Source: an uncultured Massilia sp. (GTDB lineage: Bacteria > Pseudomonadota > Gammaproteobacteria > Burkholderiales > Burkholderiaceae_D). From it: a DNA stretch of 64,000 nucleotides. Below the pieces are notes generated by a model. That model did not search any database. It worked only from the letters and a program-made list of their open reading frames with translations, and had not been told where the DNA came from. Below are positions 40,650 through 51,646 of this stretch, one piece after another (positions within the stretch are counted from its first letter, which is position 1; the number at the start of each line of letters is the position of its first letter). The stretch lies in NCBI GenBank assembly GCA_963529995.1, contig CAUSCY010000008.1, forward strand, positions 26,933-90,932, written 5' to 3'. A program made the position numbers and the translations under genes.

Positions 40650-41831
40650 ATGAGCGGAATGAACGATAAAGAAACCGTGCAGGCCGACGTGGCGATCTGC
40701 GGCGCCGGCCCCGTGGGCATGGCGCTGGCGGCGCTGATGGCGCGGCGCGGCGTCGACGGCAAGCGCATCGTGCTGGTCGACGCCAAGGCGCTGGGCCAGG
40801 CGATCTCGGACCCGCGCTCGATCGCGCTGGCCTGGGGCAGCCGCATGCTGCTGGACGACGTCGGCGCCTGGCCGGCCGTGGCGGGATCGGCCACCAGCAT
40901 CCACCAGATCCACGTCTCGCGCCGCGGCCACCTGGGCCGCAGCCTGATGGACCGCGCCGAGCACGGCCTCGACGCCCTCGGCTATGTGGCGCGCTACGGC
41001 GACGTGGTCGATGCGCTGGCGCGCTCCTGCGAGACTGCCGGCGTGCAGGTACTGCGCCCCGCGCGCGTGACGGCGCTCGACGAAGCGCCGGACCACGTGC
41101 TGCTGCAGCTGGACGACGGCCGCCGGGTCCGCGCGCAGGTGGCGGTGCAGGCCGAAGGCGGCGTGTTCGGCGACCAGCTCGAACGCGCGCAGCGGCGCGA
41201 CTACGACCAGACCGCGATCATCGCGCGCGTCTCCGCCAGCGACGCGATCCCGCACCGCGCCTTCGAACGCTTCACCGACGAAGGCCCGCTCGCGCTGCTG
41301 CCGCAGGACGGTGCCGACGGCCACCAGTACGCGCTCGTGTGGTGCGTGCATCCGGACCGCGCCCAGCGCCTGCTGGACCTGGGCGCGGACGACTTCCTGC
41401 GCGCGCTGGGCGACGCCTTCGGCGAGCGCCTGGGTACCTTCACGCGCGTCTCCGAACGCGTCGCCTTCCCGCTCGGCCTGAATGCCGACGCCCGCTTCAC
41501 GCAGCGCACGGTGGCGATCGGGAATGCGGCGCAGACGCTGCATCCGGTGGCCGGCCAGGGCCTGAACCTGGGCCTGCGCGATGCGGCGGTGCTGGCACGC
41601 CTGCTGGCGCGCTCATTGGATCACGATGCCGGTCCGGACGCGATCGCGCAGTTTGCGGCGGAACGCGAACGGGACCGCGGCGCCGTCATCCGCATCACCG
41701 ATACGATGGCGCGCGTGTTCGCGAACAAGGGGCCGTTGCAGCCGCTGTTCGGGCTTGGACTGGCGGCGCTGGATACCTTCAAGCCCGCGCGCATGCTGCT
41801 GGCCGAGTTGATGATGTTCGGGCGGCGGTGA
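40650..41831 (+). CDS. ubiH: UbiH/UbiF/VisC-family FAD-dependent monooxygenase
   Basis: ICGAGPVGMALA dinucleotide fold. GNAAQTLHPVAGQGLNLGLRD. pepP-ubiH synteny. Start uncertain (40635 TTG, 40650 or 40659). Confidence 0.8.
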   Translation: MSGMNDKETVQADVAICGAGPVGMALAALMARRGVDGKRIVLVDAKALGQAISDPRSIALAWGSRMLLDDVGAWPAVAGSATSIHQIHVSRRGHLGRSLMDRAEHGLDALGYVARYGDVVDALARSCETAGVQVLRPARVTALDEAPDHVLLQLDDGRRVRAQVAVQAEGGVFGDQLERAQRRDYDQTAIIARVSASDAIPHRAFERFTDEGPLALLPQDGADGHQYALVWCVHPDRAQRLLDLGADDFLRALGDAFGERLGTFTRVSERVAFPLGLNADARFTQRTVAIGNAAQTLHPVAGQGLNLGLRDAAVLARLLARSLDHDAGPDAIAQFAAERERDRGAVIRITDTMARVFANKGPLQPLFGLGLAALDTFKPARMLLAELMMFGRR

Positions 41832-41838
41832 CGCGCAT

Positions 41839-41914
41839 GGTGGGCACGGGGTGCCCACTCTACGAGATCGACAATCTTCGCGATGCAACCGTAGGGTGGG
41901 CATCACATGCCCAC
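41839..41914. repeat. REP cluster, family A (2 units)
   Basis: Units GGTGGGCACGGGGTGCCCAC and GGGTGGGCATCACATGCCCACC. Confidence 0.8.
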
Positions 41915-41926
41915 CAAAACGCCGGA

Positions 41927-43384
41927 TTACTCGACGGCCTTCACCATCGTCTCGATCACCTTCTTCGCATCGCCGAACACCATCATCGTGTTCGGCTGGT
42001 AGAACAGGTCGTTGTCCAGCCCCGCATACCCGGACGCCATCGACCGCTTGTTGACGATGATGCTCTTGGCTTTATAGGCTTCCAGGATCGGCATCCCCGC
42101 GATGGGCGACTTCGGGTCCTTGGCCGCCGGGTTGACGACGTCGTTCGCGCCCAGCACCAGCACCACGTCGGTCTGGCCGAACTCGCCGTTGATGTCCTCC
42201 ATCTCCACCACCTGGTCGTAGGGCACCTCGGCCTCGGCCAGCAGCACGTTCATGTGGCCCGGCATCCTTCCGGCCACCGGGTGGATCGCATAGCGCACCT
42301 GCACGCCGTGGTGCGTCAGCTTTTCCGCCAGTTCCTTCACCGAGTGCTGGGCGCGCGCGACGGCCAGGCCGTAGCCGGGGACGATGATGACGGATTCCGC
42401 GTTCTGCAGGATGAAGGCGGCATCCTCGGGCGAGCCGGATTTCACGGGACGCTGCTCCTTGGCGCCGCCGTCGTCCCCGCCCGCCGCCTCGCCGCCGAAG
42501 CCGCCCAGGATCACGTTGAAGAACGAGCGGTTCATCGCCTTGCACATGATGTACGAGAGGATCGCGCCGGACGAACCCACCAGCGAGCCCGCGATGATCA
42601 GCATCGAATTGTTCAGCGAGAAGCCGATGCCTGCCGCCGCCCAGCCCGAGTAGGAGTTCAGCATCGACACCACCACCGGCATGTCGGCGCCGCCGATGGG
42701 GATGATGATCAGGACGCCCAGCGCGAAGGCGAGGACCGCCATGACGATGAACGGCGTCCAGGCCGGCGCCGTGCCGTCGGAAAAGCAGAACACGAGGCCC
42801 AGCACGACGATCGCGATCGCCACGATCAGGTTGATCAGGTGCTGGCCCGGATAGCGCACGGGCGCGCCCTGGAACAGGCGGAATTTGTACTTGCCGGCCA
42901 GCTTGCCGAAGGCGATCACGGAACCGGAGAACGTGACGGCGCCGACGAAGGTGCCGATGAACAGTTCCAGCCGGTTGCCGAAGGGGAGCGCCTCGTCGCG
43001 CGCGGCGATGTTGAAGGCCCACGGTTCGGACACGGCGGCAATCGCGATGCACACGGCGGCCAGGCCGATCAGCGAGTGCATTGCCGCCACCAGCTCCGGC
43101 ATCTTGGTCATCTCGACGCGGCGCGCGGCAATCGTTCCGATGGCGCCGCCGACGAGCACCCCGAGCAGCACCAAGCCGAATCCCAGCGAGCCGGTCTGCA
43201 TCTGCTCCTTCAACTTGACCATCAGGGCGATGGTGGTGACGACCGCGATGCCCATGCCGGCCATGCCGAAGGCATTGCCCAGGCGCGCCGAGCTGGGCGA
43301 GGACAAGCCCTTCAGCGCCTGGATGAAGCACACGGACGCCACCAGGTACAGGAGCGTCACGACGTTCATGCTGACGAAGTTCAT
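41927..43384 (-). CDS. pntB: NAD(P) transhydrogenase subunit beta
   Basis: Multi-TM N-terminus plus dIII domain ([30 protein letters not shown]). Confidence 0.95.
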   Translation of the reverse strand: MNFVSMNVVTLLYLVASVCFIQALKGLSSPSSARLGNAFGMAGMGIAVVTTIALMVKLKEQMQTGSLGFGLVLLGVLVGGAIGTIAARRVEMTKMPELVAAMHSLIGLAAVCIAIAAVSEPWAFNIAARDEALPFGNRLELFIGTFVGAVTFSGSVIAFGKLAGKYKFRLFQGAPVRYPGQHLINLIVAIAIVVLGLVFCFSDGTAPAWTPFIVMAVLAFALGVLIIIPIGGADMPVVVSMLNSYSGWAAAGIGFSLNNSMLIIAGSLVGSSGAILSYIMCKAMNRSFFNVILGGFGGEAAGGDDGGAKEQRPVKSGSPEDAAFILQNAESVIIVPGYGLAVARAQHSVKELAEKLTHHGVQVRYAIHPVAGRMPGHMNVLLAEAEVPYDQVVEMEDINGEFGQTDVVLVLGANDVVNPAAKDPKSPIAGMPILEAYKAKSIIVNKRSMASGYAGLDNDLFYQPNTMMVFGDAKKVIETMVKAVE

Positions 43385-43734
43385 GCGGCCTCCTTCGTCG
43401 CGGCATCGGAGACGACGGCGGCTTGCGCGGCGGCGGCCGTCTTCTTCGGCTCCTTCTTCTTGAACATCTCGAGCATGCGCTGGGTGACGAGGAAGCCGCC
43501 GAACACGTTGACGGCGGCCAGCGCCACCGCGACGGTGCCGGCCACCTGCCCCGCCAGGCCTTCGGTCAGCCCCGCCGCCAGCATGGCGCCGACGATGATG
43601 ATGGCCGAGACGGCATTAGTCACCGCCATCAGCGGCGTGTGCAGCGCGGGCGTGACGTTCCACACCACGTGGTAGCCGACGTAGATCGCCAGCACGAAGA
43701 TGATCAGGTTGATGATCGTGTGACTGATTTCCAT
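43381..43734 (-). CDS. pntA: NAD(P) transhydrogenase subunit alpha part 2
   Basis: Start ATG 43734 ([25 protein letters not shown]). ATGA overlap with pntB. Confidence 0.9.
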   Translation of the reverse strand: MEISHTIINLIIFVLAIYVGYHVVWNVTPALHTPLMAVTNAVSAIIIVGAMLAAGLTEGLAGQVAGTVAVALAAVNVFGGFLVTQRMLEMFKKKEPKKTAAAAQAAVVSDAATKEAA

Positions 43735-43768
43735 TTGCGCTCTCCTGTCTCCGTTATTGAGGTTCGCG

Positions 43769-44884
43769 TCATGCCGCTCGCAGCACGTCGCCGCCCTGGG
43801 CCACCAGCACGGCGCGCACGATCTCGTCCTCGCGGTCGATGACCAGCCTGCCGTCCTTGTCGATGACGAGCTTGAGGAAGTCCAGCACGTTGCGGGCATA
43901 CAGGGCCGACGCGTCGGCCGCCACCAGCGCCGCCAGGTTCGGCTCGCCGATGATGGTCACGCCGTGCTTGACGACCGTCTTGCCGTATTCCGTCAGCGGG
44001 CAGTTGCCGCCCTGAGCGATCGCCATGTCGACGATCACCGAGCCGGGCTTCATGGCCTGCACGGTCTCCGCGCCGATCAGGGTCGGCGCCTTGCGCCCCG
44101 GGATCAGCGCCGTGGTGACGATGATGTCGGCCAGCCTGGCCCGCTCATGTACCAGTTCGGCCTGGCGCCGCATCCAGTCGGCCGGCATCGGGCGCGCATA
44201 GCCGCCCGTGCCCTGGGCGATCTCGCGCTCCTCGTCGGTGAGAAAGGGAACGTCGATGAACTTGGCGCCCAGCGATTCGACCTGTTCCTTGACGGGCGGG
44301 CGCACGTCGGACGCCTCGATCACGGCGCCCAGGCGTTTCGCGGTGGCGATCGCCTGCAGGCCGGCCACGCCCACGCCCATGACGAGCACGCGCGCCGCCT
44401 TGACGGTACCGGCCGCCGTCATCAGCATGGGCATGAAGCGCTGGTAGGCATTTGCCGCCAGAATGACGGCCTTGTAGCCGGCGATGTTCGCCTGCGACGA
44501 CAGCACGTCCATCGATTGCGCGCGCGTGATGCGCGGGGCCGCCTCCAGGGCGAAGGCGGACAGGCCATGGCGGGCCAGCGCCCCCATGCCCTCGGCATCG
44601 AAGGGATCGAGCATGCCGACCAGGGCGGCGCCGGGCTGCATGAGCGCCAGTTCCTCGGGATCGGGGGCGCGCACCTTCAGCACCAGCTCGGCGCCGAGGG
44701 CCTCGGCCGCGCTGCCGATGCGCGCGCCGGCGGCGACATAGGCGTCGTCGGTGACGGAAGCGGCCAGGCCGGCGCCGGACTGCACGACGACGTCGTGCGC
44801 GGAGGCCAGTTTCTTGACGGTTTCAGGTGTGGCTGCAACGCGGGTTTCGCCTGGCCTCGTTTCTGCCGGCACGCCTATCTTCAT
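43769..44884 (-). CDS. pntA: NAD(P) transhydrogenase subunit alpha part 1
   Basis: Alanine-dehydrogenase-like dI domain ([22 protein letters not shown]). Confidence 0.95.
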   Translation of the reverse strand: MKIGVPAETRPGETRVAATPETVKKLASAHDVVVQSGAGLAASVTDDAYVAAGARIGSAAEALGAELVLKVRAPDPEELALMQPGAALVGMLDPFDAEGMGALARHGLSAFALEAAPRITRAQSMDVLSSQANIAGYKAVILAANAYQRFMPMLMTAAGTVKAARVLVMGVGVAGLQAIATAKRLGAVIEASDVRPPVKEQVESLGAKFIDVPFLTDEEREIAQGTGGYARPMPADWMRRQAELVHERARLADIIVTTALIPGRKAPTLIGAETVQAMKPGSVIVDMAIAQGGNCPLTEYGKTVVKHGVTIIGEPNLAALVAADASALYARNVLDFLKLVIDKDGRLVIDREDEIVRAVLVAQGGDVLRAA

Positions 44885-45159
44885 GATGTCTCCCTATCAT
44901 TGATAAACTGTCTAGAATCTAGCATGTCGGGAATCCACGCATGGACCGGGCGTCAAACCTTACCCGTGTCACATGGTTTCAGTGGTTTTTCGTAAACAAA
45001 GACCGATTCTGCAATTTTGCCCGCTACAGCTCGCAACAACCCCTTATCCTCTTGTCATAGATCAATATTCGCCGAAATCCAACGTGTTGCGTCGCAGCGT
45101 GCGCGTAAGCAATGTGCGTTCCATCAAGGTAGAATGTCGGCTCATTTTCAAGGACGCGC

Positions 45160-45642
45160 ATGACCCATACCTTCAGACCGTCTGTCACCGTCGCTGCGAT
45201 CATCGAACGCGACGGCCGTTTCCTGCTGATCGAAGAGGAGACCAGCGATGGCATCCGCCTGAACCAGCCCGCCGGCCACCTCGACCCGCTCGAATCGCTC
45301 GAGCAGGCCGTGATCCGCGAGGCGCTGGAAGAAACGGCGCACGAGTTCATCCCGGAAGCGCTGGTGGGCATGTACATGTCGCGCTACCACTCGAAGTCGC
45401 GCGGGACCGACGTGACCTATCTGCGCTTCACCTTCTGCGGCAAGGCCGGCAAGTCGTTCGACCAGCCGCTCGACGAAGGGATCCTGCGCACGCTGTGGAT
45501 GACGCGCGACGAGATCGCCGCCTCCCAGGACCGCCACCGCAGCCCCATCGTGCTGAAATGCGTGGACGACTACCTGGCCGGCAAGCGCACGCCCTTGAAC
45601 CTGCTGTACACCGACCACTCGGTCTTCGAGGGCGGAATCTAA
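45160..45642 (+). CDS. NUDIX hydrolase
   Basis: Nudix box GHLDPLESLEQAVIREALEETA. Confidence 0.85.
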   Translation: MTHTFRPSVTVAAIIERDGRFLLIEEETSDGIRLNQPAGHLDPLESLEQAVIREALEETAHEFIPEALVGMYMSRYHSKSRGTDVTYLRFTFCGKAGKSFDQPLDEGILRTLWMTRDEIAASQDRHRSPIVLKCVDDYLAGKRTPLNLLYTDHSVFEGGI

Positions 45643-45658
45643 ATAGCGAAGAATTGAC

Positions 45659-46768
45659 ATGAGCAAGAAAAAAGTCGTGATCGGGATGTCGGGCGGAGTC
45701 GACTCCTCGGTCGCGGCGTGGATGCTGAAGGAACAGGGCTACGAGGTCGTCGGCCTGTTCATGAAGAACTGGGAAGACGACGACGATTCCGAATACTGCT
45801 CCACGCGCCAGGACTGGATCGACGCGGCCAGCGTGGCCGACGTGGTCGGCGTGGACATCGAGGCCGTGAACTTCGCCGCCGAGTACAAGGACCGCGTGTT
45901 CGCCGAATTCCTGCGCGAATACCAGGCCGGCCGCACCCCGAACCCGGACGTGCTGTGCAACGCCGAGATCAAGTTCAAGGCCTTCCTCGACCACGCCATG
46001 AAGCTGGGCGCCGACCTGATCGCGACCGGCCACTATGCGCGCGTGCGCCACAACGGCGCGACCGACCGCTTCGAGCTGCTGAAGGCCTTCGACGCCACCA
46101 AGGACCAGAGCTACTTCCTGCACCGCCTGAACCAGGCGCAGTTGTCGAAGGCGCTGTTCCCGCTGGGCGAAATCCCGAAGACCGAGGTGCGCAAGATCGC
46201 CGAGAAGCTGCAATTGCCCAACGCGGCCAAGAAGGACTCGACCGGCATCTGCTTCATCGGCGAGCGCCCGTTCCGCGAATTCCTGGGCCGCTACCTGCAG
46301 CACAAGCCGGGTCCGATCAAGCTGGACAACGGCCAGACGGTGGGCGAACACGTCGGCCTGTCGTTCTATACGCTGGGCCAGAGGAAGGGCATCGGCATCG
46401 GCGGCCTGAAGTCGCACAAGAACGCCGACGGCACCAGCGAGCCGTGGTTCGTGGCGCGCAAGGACATCGCCACCAATACCCTGTACATCGTGCAGGGCCA
46501 CGACCACCCGTGGCTGCTGTCGAAGGAACTGGGCGCGGACCAGGCCAGCTGGATCGCCGGCGCGGCCCCCGAGCCGCGCGCGCTCTCGGCCAAGACCCGC
46601 TACCGCCAGGCCGACGTGGCCTGCAGCGTCGCGCCCCAGGGCCTGGAGCGCTTCACGCTGGACTTCACCGACCCGCAATGGGCGGTGACCCCGGGCCAGT
46701 CGGCCGTGCTGTACGACGGCGACGTGTGCCTGGGCGGCGGCATCATCGACGCGGCCTCGGCTGTCTAA
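45659..46768 (+). CDS. mnmA: tRNA 2-thiouridine(34) synthase
   Basis: PP-loop [12 protein letters not shown]. Full-length MnmA pattern. Confidence 0.95.
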   Translation: MSKKKVVIGMSGGVDSSVAAWMLKEQGYEVVGLFMKNWEDDDDSEYCSTRQDWIDAASVADVVGVDIEAVNFAAEYKDRVFAEFLREYQAGRTPNPDVLCNAEIKFKAFLDHAMKLGADLIATGHYARVRHNGATDRFELLKAFDATKDQSYFLHRLNQAQLSKALFPLGEIPKTEVRKIAEKLQLPNAAKKDSTGICFIGERPFREFLGRYLQHKPGPIKLDNGQTVGEHVGLSFYTLGQRKGIGIGGLKSHKNADGTSEPWFVARKDIATNTLYIVQGHDHPWLLSKELGADQASWIAGAAPEPRALSAKTRYRQADVACSVAPQGLERFTLDFTDPQWAVTPGQSAVLYDGDVCLGGGIIDAASAV

Positions 46769-46777
46769 GCCACACCC

Positions 46778-46912
46778 CGTCGCCCCGGCGCAGGCCGGGG
46801 CCCAAGTTCCTGTGCACCCTGCAAATTAGGGTGAAGAATGCCGGGAGCATTCTTCACGCCTGCGCCGGGGGTCGGCGCCGGCAATGCCGGGGCCGACACG
46901 GGAAGTGTTGCA
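46778..46912. repeat. composite or degenerate family B-like element with extra hairpins
   Basis: Left arm CGTCGCCCCGGCGCAGGCCGGGGCCCAAGTT, then GTGAAGAATGC-CGGGA-GCATTCTTCAC, then GTCGGC...GCCGAC. Confidence 0.55.
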
Positions 46913-47031
46913 TCCTTCCTGCAAATTGTGTCGTTTCCCGCGTCAATTATCATTTCTCCATCGCAACTGCAACGAAAATATCGTAATCTTCGGTTATATT
47001 GCCGTACGGAAAAATCCAAACAAGGAAAATC

Positions 47032-47511
47032 ATGGCCGAAGACATCGACAACATCGCTAACGAAGTGCTCTCGTTCCGCCTGGGCGGTGAAGAGTACGCC
47101 ATCAGCATCCTCAAGGTGCAGGAAATCCGCGGCTACGATGCCGTGACCCGCATCGCCAACGCCCCCGAGTACCTGAAGGGCGTCGTCAACCTGCGTGGCA
47201 TCATCGTGCCGATCGTCGACATGCGCATCAAGTTCAACGTCGGCGCCCCGACGTACGACGCGTTCACCGTCGTGATCGTCCTGAACATCAACGGCCACAC
47301 GATCGGCATGGTGGTCGACAGCGTGTCCGACGTGGTGACGCTGACCCCGGACCAGATCAAGCCGGCGCCGGACATGGGCGCCAGCGTGTCGACCGAGTTC
47401 CTGCGCGGCCTGGGTACCGTGGGCGAGCGCATGCTGATCCTGCTGGACATCGACAAGCTGCTCGGCTCCGAGGAAATGGGCCTGCTGGCCGCCGCCCGCG
47501 CCGCCGCCTGA
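47032..47511 (+). CDS. cheW: chemotaxis coupling protein CheW
   Basis: Start ATG 47032 after [29 protein letters not shown]...[15 protein letters not shown]. Confidence 0.9.
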   Translation: MAEDIDNIANEVLSFRLGGEEYAISILKVQEIRGYDAVTRIANAPEYLKGVVNLRGIIVPIVDMRIKFNVGAPTYDAFTVVIVLNINGHTIGMVVDSVSDVVTLTPDQIKPAPDMGASVSTEFLRGLGTVGERMLILLDIDKLLGSEEMGLLAAARAAA

Positions 47512-47634
47512 CCCACGCAACACGTAGTACCTGCAGTACCGCAGCACCACCCGCAACACCGCAGTAGCAGCAAACCCTCTCCCGGCCGCGGCATGCCGCC
47601 GTGGCCGTCTTCGCTTCACCTTCCGACAATTGAT

Positions 47635-49329
47635 ATGAAACTGGGAAACCTGAAACTTCGCACGCGTCTCGTGCTCGGCTTCGGCGTCATCTGCGCCATG
47701 CTCGTCGTCGCCCTCGCCCTGGGCATCGGCATGCTCCGCCACCTCAACCAGGGCACCAAGGACATCGTCCAGACCCGCCTGCCGAAGATCGACGCGGCGA
47801 CCAGGTTCCTCGACCAGGTCAACAATATCTCGATCGCGCAGCGCAACCTGATCCTCAACGAGGACCCGGCCGACCGCCAGACGCAGATGGCCGTCGTCAT
47901 GAAGAGCCGCGCCGCGATCGACGAGCTGCTCACCGCCGACGACGCCGATCCCGACGTCAGGATCATGCGCGAGCTGAACGCGCGCTTCCTGAAGGTTCAG
48001 CAGGAACTGCTGGCGCGCATCGACAAGAACGACCTCGAAGGCGCCAAGAACTACCTCGTCACCGACTTCCGTCCGCTGATGCAGGACCTCAAGAAGGCGA
48101 TGAATGCACAGATCACGACGGCGCGCGACCAGATCCAGCACGCCAGCAGCGACGCCGAAGCAACCTACCAGCGCGCGCTGACGTTGATGTCGGTGCTGGG
48201 GCTGGCGATTCTGGCCGCGGCCGGCGCGGTGGCATGGCGCCTGTCGCTGTCGATCACGCGGCCGCTGGCGCAGGCGCTGGACGTGGCCAATACCGTGGCC
48301 GCCGGCGACCTGACCAGCCGCATCGACACCAGCTCGAACGACGAGGTCGGCCAGCTGCTGCAAGCCCTGAAGCGCATGAACGAGAACCTGGCGCGGACCG
48401 TGTCGACCGTGCGCGGCGGCACCCGCACCATCGCCACCGCCTCGAGCGAAGTGGCGGCCGGCAGCATGGACCTGTCCAGCCGCACCGAGCAGCAGGCCAG
48501 CGCGCTGGAAGAAACGGCGTCGTCGATGGAAGAGCTGACCTCGACGGTCAAGCAGAACGCGGACAATGCGCGCCAGGCCAACGTGCTGGCGGCCGGCGCC
48601 TCCAGCGTGGCCGAACGCGGCGGCGCCGTGATCGAACAGGTGGTCGGCACCATGAACGAGATCGACGCCGCGTCCGGCAAGATCTCCGACATCATCGGCG
48701 TCATCGACGGCATCGCCTTCCAGACCAATATCCTGGCGCTGAATGCGGCCGTCGAAGCGGCAAGGGCGGGCGAACAGGGCCGCGGCTTCGCGGTCGTCGC
48801 CGGCGAAGTGCGCAACCTGGCCCAGCGCTCGGCCGCCGCGGCCAGGGAAATCAAGGAACTGATCGAGGATTCGAGCGACAAGGTGGCGAACGGCAGCAAG
48901 CTGGTGGCCGATGCGGGCGCCACGATGACGGAAATCGTCGACAGCGTGCGCCGCGTGACGGGCATCATGGCCGATATCGCGAACGCGAGCCAGGAACAGA
49001 CCGCGGGGATCGAGCAGATCAACGCCGCGATCGTGCAGATGGACCAGGCGACCCAGCAGAATGCGGCGCTGGTCGAGCAGACCTCGGCGGCGTCGGCCGC
49101 GATGCAGGAGCAGGCCGACAAGCTTTCGCAGGCCGTGGGCCTGTTCCGCCTCGACCACGAGGAAGCGCCGGCGGCTGCGGTGCCGGTGGTGCGTGCGCAA
49201 CCGGTGGTCAAGAAGGCGATCGTCGCGGCCAAGCCGGCAGCCGCCGCACGCAAGCCCGCCGCGAAGGCCGAACCGGCGCGGCGCAAGCAGCCTGCGGTGA
49301 CGACCGAGAGCGATTGGGAAGAGTTCTAA
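47635..49329 (+). CDS. methyl-accepting chemotaxis protein (4HB-type sensor, HAMP, MA domain)
   Basis: Start ATG 47635 ([12 protein letters not shown]). Signalling hairpin [28 protein letters not shown]...[29 protein letters not shown]. Confidence 0.9.
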   Translation: MKLGNLKLRTRLVLGFGVICAMLVVALALGIGMLRHLNQGTKDIVQTRLPKIDAATRFLDQVNNISIAQRNLILNEDPADRQTQMAVVMKSRAAIDELLTADDADPDVRIMRELNARFLKVQQELLARIDKNDLEGAKNYLVTDFRPLMQDLKKAMNAQITTARDQIQHASSDAEATYQRALTLMSVLGLAILAAAGAVAWRLSLSITRPLAQALDVANTVAAGDLTSRIDTSSNDEVGQLLQALKRMNENLARTVSTVRGGTRTIATASSEVAAGSMDLSSRTEQQASALEETASSMEELTSTVKQNADNARQANVLAAGASSVAERGGAVIEQVVGTMNEIDAASGKISDIIGVIDGIAFQTNILALNAAVEAARAGEQGRGFAVVAGEVRNLAQRSAAAAREIKELIEDSSDKVANGSKLVADAGATMTEIVDSVRRVTGIMADIANASQEQTAGIEQINAAIVQMDQATQQNAALVEQTSAASAAMQEQADKLSQAVGLFRLDHEEAPAAAVPVVRAQPVVKKAIVAAKPAAAARKPAAKAEPARRKQPAVTTESDWEEF

Positions 49330-49391
49330 GAAAGTACCTCGTCCCTGCGCAGGTGCACTGCTGTCCGGAATATTATTCGCGAAAAAAGCAT

Positions 49392-49518
49392 CGTCATTCC
49401 CGCGAAGGCGGGAATCCATACTGAGCAACCGAATTCCGTATGTTGAAGACGACGGGGTCTTATTAACGGAACGACTTCGGGACCTCAGCATGGGTTCCCG
49501 CCTTCGCGGGAACGACGG
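49392..49518. repeat. MITE-like inverted-pair element, family C (longer core)
   Basis: Arms CGTCATTCCCGCGAAGGCGGGAATCCATACTGAG ... CCTCAGCATGGGTTCCCGCCTTCGCGGGAACGACGG. Confidence 0.8.
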
Positions 49519-49596
49519 GTTTATCTATGACGCGTCTTATTGCAGAGCGTAGCGATTATCCCGGACAGCAGTGCGCCTTCGCAGAAAAGACGTATT

Positions 49597-51408
49597 TCAG
49601 GCCAGCGCCAGACTTTCCTGGCGCTCCGCCACCCACGCCTCGAACGCCTCCGCCTCCAGCGGCCGCGCATACAGATAGCCCTGCGCCTCGTCGCAGCCGG
49701 CTGCCGCCAGGATCGCCGCCACCTCGTCCGTCTCGACGCCCTCGGCCACCACGCGGTGCCCCAGGTCGTGCGACAGCTTGATCATGGCCGCGACCAGCGC
49801 GCGCCGGCGCGTATTGCGCTCGATGCCGTGCTCGATGTCGCGCACGAACGAGCGGTCGATCTTGACCACCTGCGCGGGCAGGCTTTGCAGATAGGCCAGG
49901 CTGCTGTAGCCGGTGCCGAAATCGTCGATGGCCAGGTGCACTCCGGCCGTGTGCAATGCGTGCAGTGCGGCCAGCGCGCGGCGCGGGTCCTGCATCAGCG
50001 CGCTCTCGGTGATTTCCAGCGCCAGGCTCGCCGGCGGCAGGCCGTGGCGGCGCAGGCCGTCGACCACGCGCACGCAGAAATCCGGCTCCAGCAGGTTCAC
50101 GGCCGAGACGTTGACCGACAGCTGCAGGTGCAGGCCTTCGGTGTGCCAGTCGGCCAACTTGCGCATGGCCGTCTCCAGCACCCAGTTGGTGGCCGGGCGG
50201 ATCATCGATGTGCATTCGACCACGGGGATGAATTCGGCCGGCGAGACGTCGCCCGCTTCCGGATGGGTCCAGCGCAGCAGCGCCTCGGCGCCGATGCAGC
50301 GGCCGCTCGCCAGGTCGACCTTGGGCTGGAACACGAGGCGCAGCTGGCCCTTGCGGCCGGCCGCAGCGCCGTCCAGCGCGGCGCCGAATTGCTCGATCAG
50401 CCAGAACCGGCGGCGGTAGACGGCATCGCGCTCGGGCGAGAACATGGCCACGCCATAGCCTTCGTCGAACGCCTGCTGCACGGCCGAATGCAGGTTGCGC
50501 AGCAGCTCGCCCGCCAGCGTGACGCGGCCCCGGAACGGCGCCACGCCGATGCGCGCCGTGGTGACGAAGCGCGCGGTGGTGGACGCCGCGCGGCGGCGCA
50601 GCCAGTTTTCCAGTTCGGCGCAGAAGGCGATCGCGTCGATCCCATCCGGCGCGATGAAGGCGAAGCCGGTCGGAGAGACGTGGTAGACCGTGCCCGACGC
50701 ACCGAACGTGCCTTGCAACAGGCGCACGGCCTCGTCGATGATCTCGTCGAAGAAGGTGGCACCGAGCGCACGCACGGCGCCGCCGATCTGTTCCGGATTG
50801 GCGAGGTTGATCAGGGCGGCAAAGCGCTGCTGCCCGCGCGGACAGTCGAGACTCAGGTCCTGGAAGTCTTCGATGAATTGCAGGCGATTCGACAAACCGC
50901 TGATCGGATCCAGTCGCCCCAGCGCATGGCGCAACTCGATCTGCGCCATCGCCATCTCGGCCAGGTCGCGCAGGGCGGCACGTTCGCCGTCGCTGGCCTG
51001 GCGCGGGTCGGGGCCGAGCACGCACAGCGACCCGAGACAAAAGCCGTCCTTGGTCATGAGCGGCGCGCCCGCATAGAAGCGCGCGCCGGACGCGGCGACC
51101 GGACTGTCGCGGTAGCGCTCGTCTTGCGCCAGGTCGGCGATGACGAGCAGCTCCGAGGTTTCGGTGACCTGTGCGCAGGGGGCGCCAAGCCGCGGCATCG
51201 ACGTTTGCGTGACGCCGACGCGGGACTTGAACCACTGGCGGTCGCTGTCGGTCAGCGAAATCGCCGCGCAAGGCAGCTTGAACAGCTCGGCGGCCATCTG
51301 GGTGATACGGTCCAGGGAATCGGTGGGGGGCGTATCGAGCAGGTTCAGCCTGCGCAACGCCTCCAGGCGCGCAGCTTCGTCCGATCGGCGCGGGCGGAAT
51401 GGGTCCAT
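49597..51408 (-). CDS. GAF - degenerate GGDEF - EAL signalling protein
   Basis: GAF domain (ARLEALRRLNLLDT...DRQWFKSRVGV). GGDEF site reads SPTGF. EAL intact (GAEALLRW). Start is ATG 51408, or 51465 with an SNSSNK-repeat extension. Confidence 0.85.
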   Translation of the reverse strand: MDPFRPRRSDEAARLEALRRLNLLDTPPTDSLDRITQMAAELFKLPCAAISLTDSDRQWFKSRVGVTQTSMPRLGAPCAQVTETSELLVIADLAQDERYRDSPVAASGARFYAGAPLMTKDGFCLGSLCVLGPDPRQASDGERAALRDLAEMAMAQIELRHALGRLDPISGLSNRLQFIEDFQDLSLDCPRGQQRFAALINLANPEQIGGAVRALGATFFDEIIDEAVRLLQGTFGASGTVYHVSPTGFAFIAPDGIDAIAFCAELENWLRRRAASTTARFVTTARIGVAPFRGRVTLAGELLRNLHSAVQQAFDEGYGVAMFSPERDAVYRRRFWLIEQFGAALDGAAAGRKGQLRLVFQPKVDLASGRCIGAEALLRWTHPEAGDVSPAEFIPVVECTSMIRPATNWVLETAMRKLADWHTEGLHLQLSVNVSAVNLLEPDFCVRVVDGLRRHGLPPASLALEITESALMQDPRRALAALHALHTAGVHLAIDDFGTGYSSLAYLQSLPAQVVKIDRSFVRDIEHGIERNTRRRALVAAMIKLSHDLGHRVVAEGVETDEVAAILAAAGCDEAQGYLYARPLEAEAFEAWVAERQESLALA

Positions 51409-51646
51409 GATGAAACGGCTTGCCTTATTTGATGAATTTGACTTATTCGACGAGTTTGACGACATAATTGCCGAAGGTCAACCCTTACTTTCAGTTGGTT
51501 ACTGTTTGTTTTTAAATGATTATGAACGCAATCAACTGGATCGCGTCACCTTGGGTTCATGGAAAAACGAAATCAAATCCATCAAATTCGTTGATGTATC
51601 GAAACTCCCACAGTAAAATAGATCAATCGTCCTATTCAGATCAGCC

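Noticed and set aside
41339-43675. A 778-aa plus-strand ORF. The 702-aa minus-strand ORF at 54326..56434 is a similar case.
   Set aside because: They are antisense to pntB/pntA and to the CocE/NonD hydrolase respectively. Neither has domain signatures.
46765-49491. A 908-aa minus-strand ORF across the cheW-mcp region
   Set aside because: It is a shadow ORF opposite genes with clear CheW and MCP signatures. It also runs straight through MITE repeats. The composition is arginine/glycine-rich noise.
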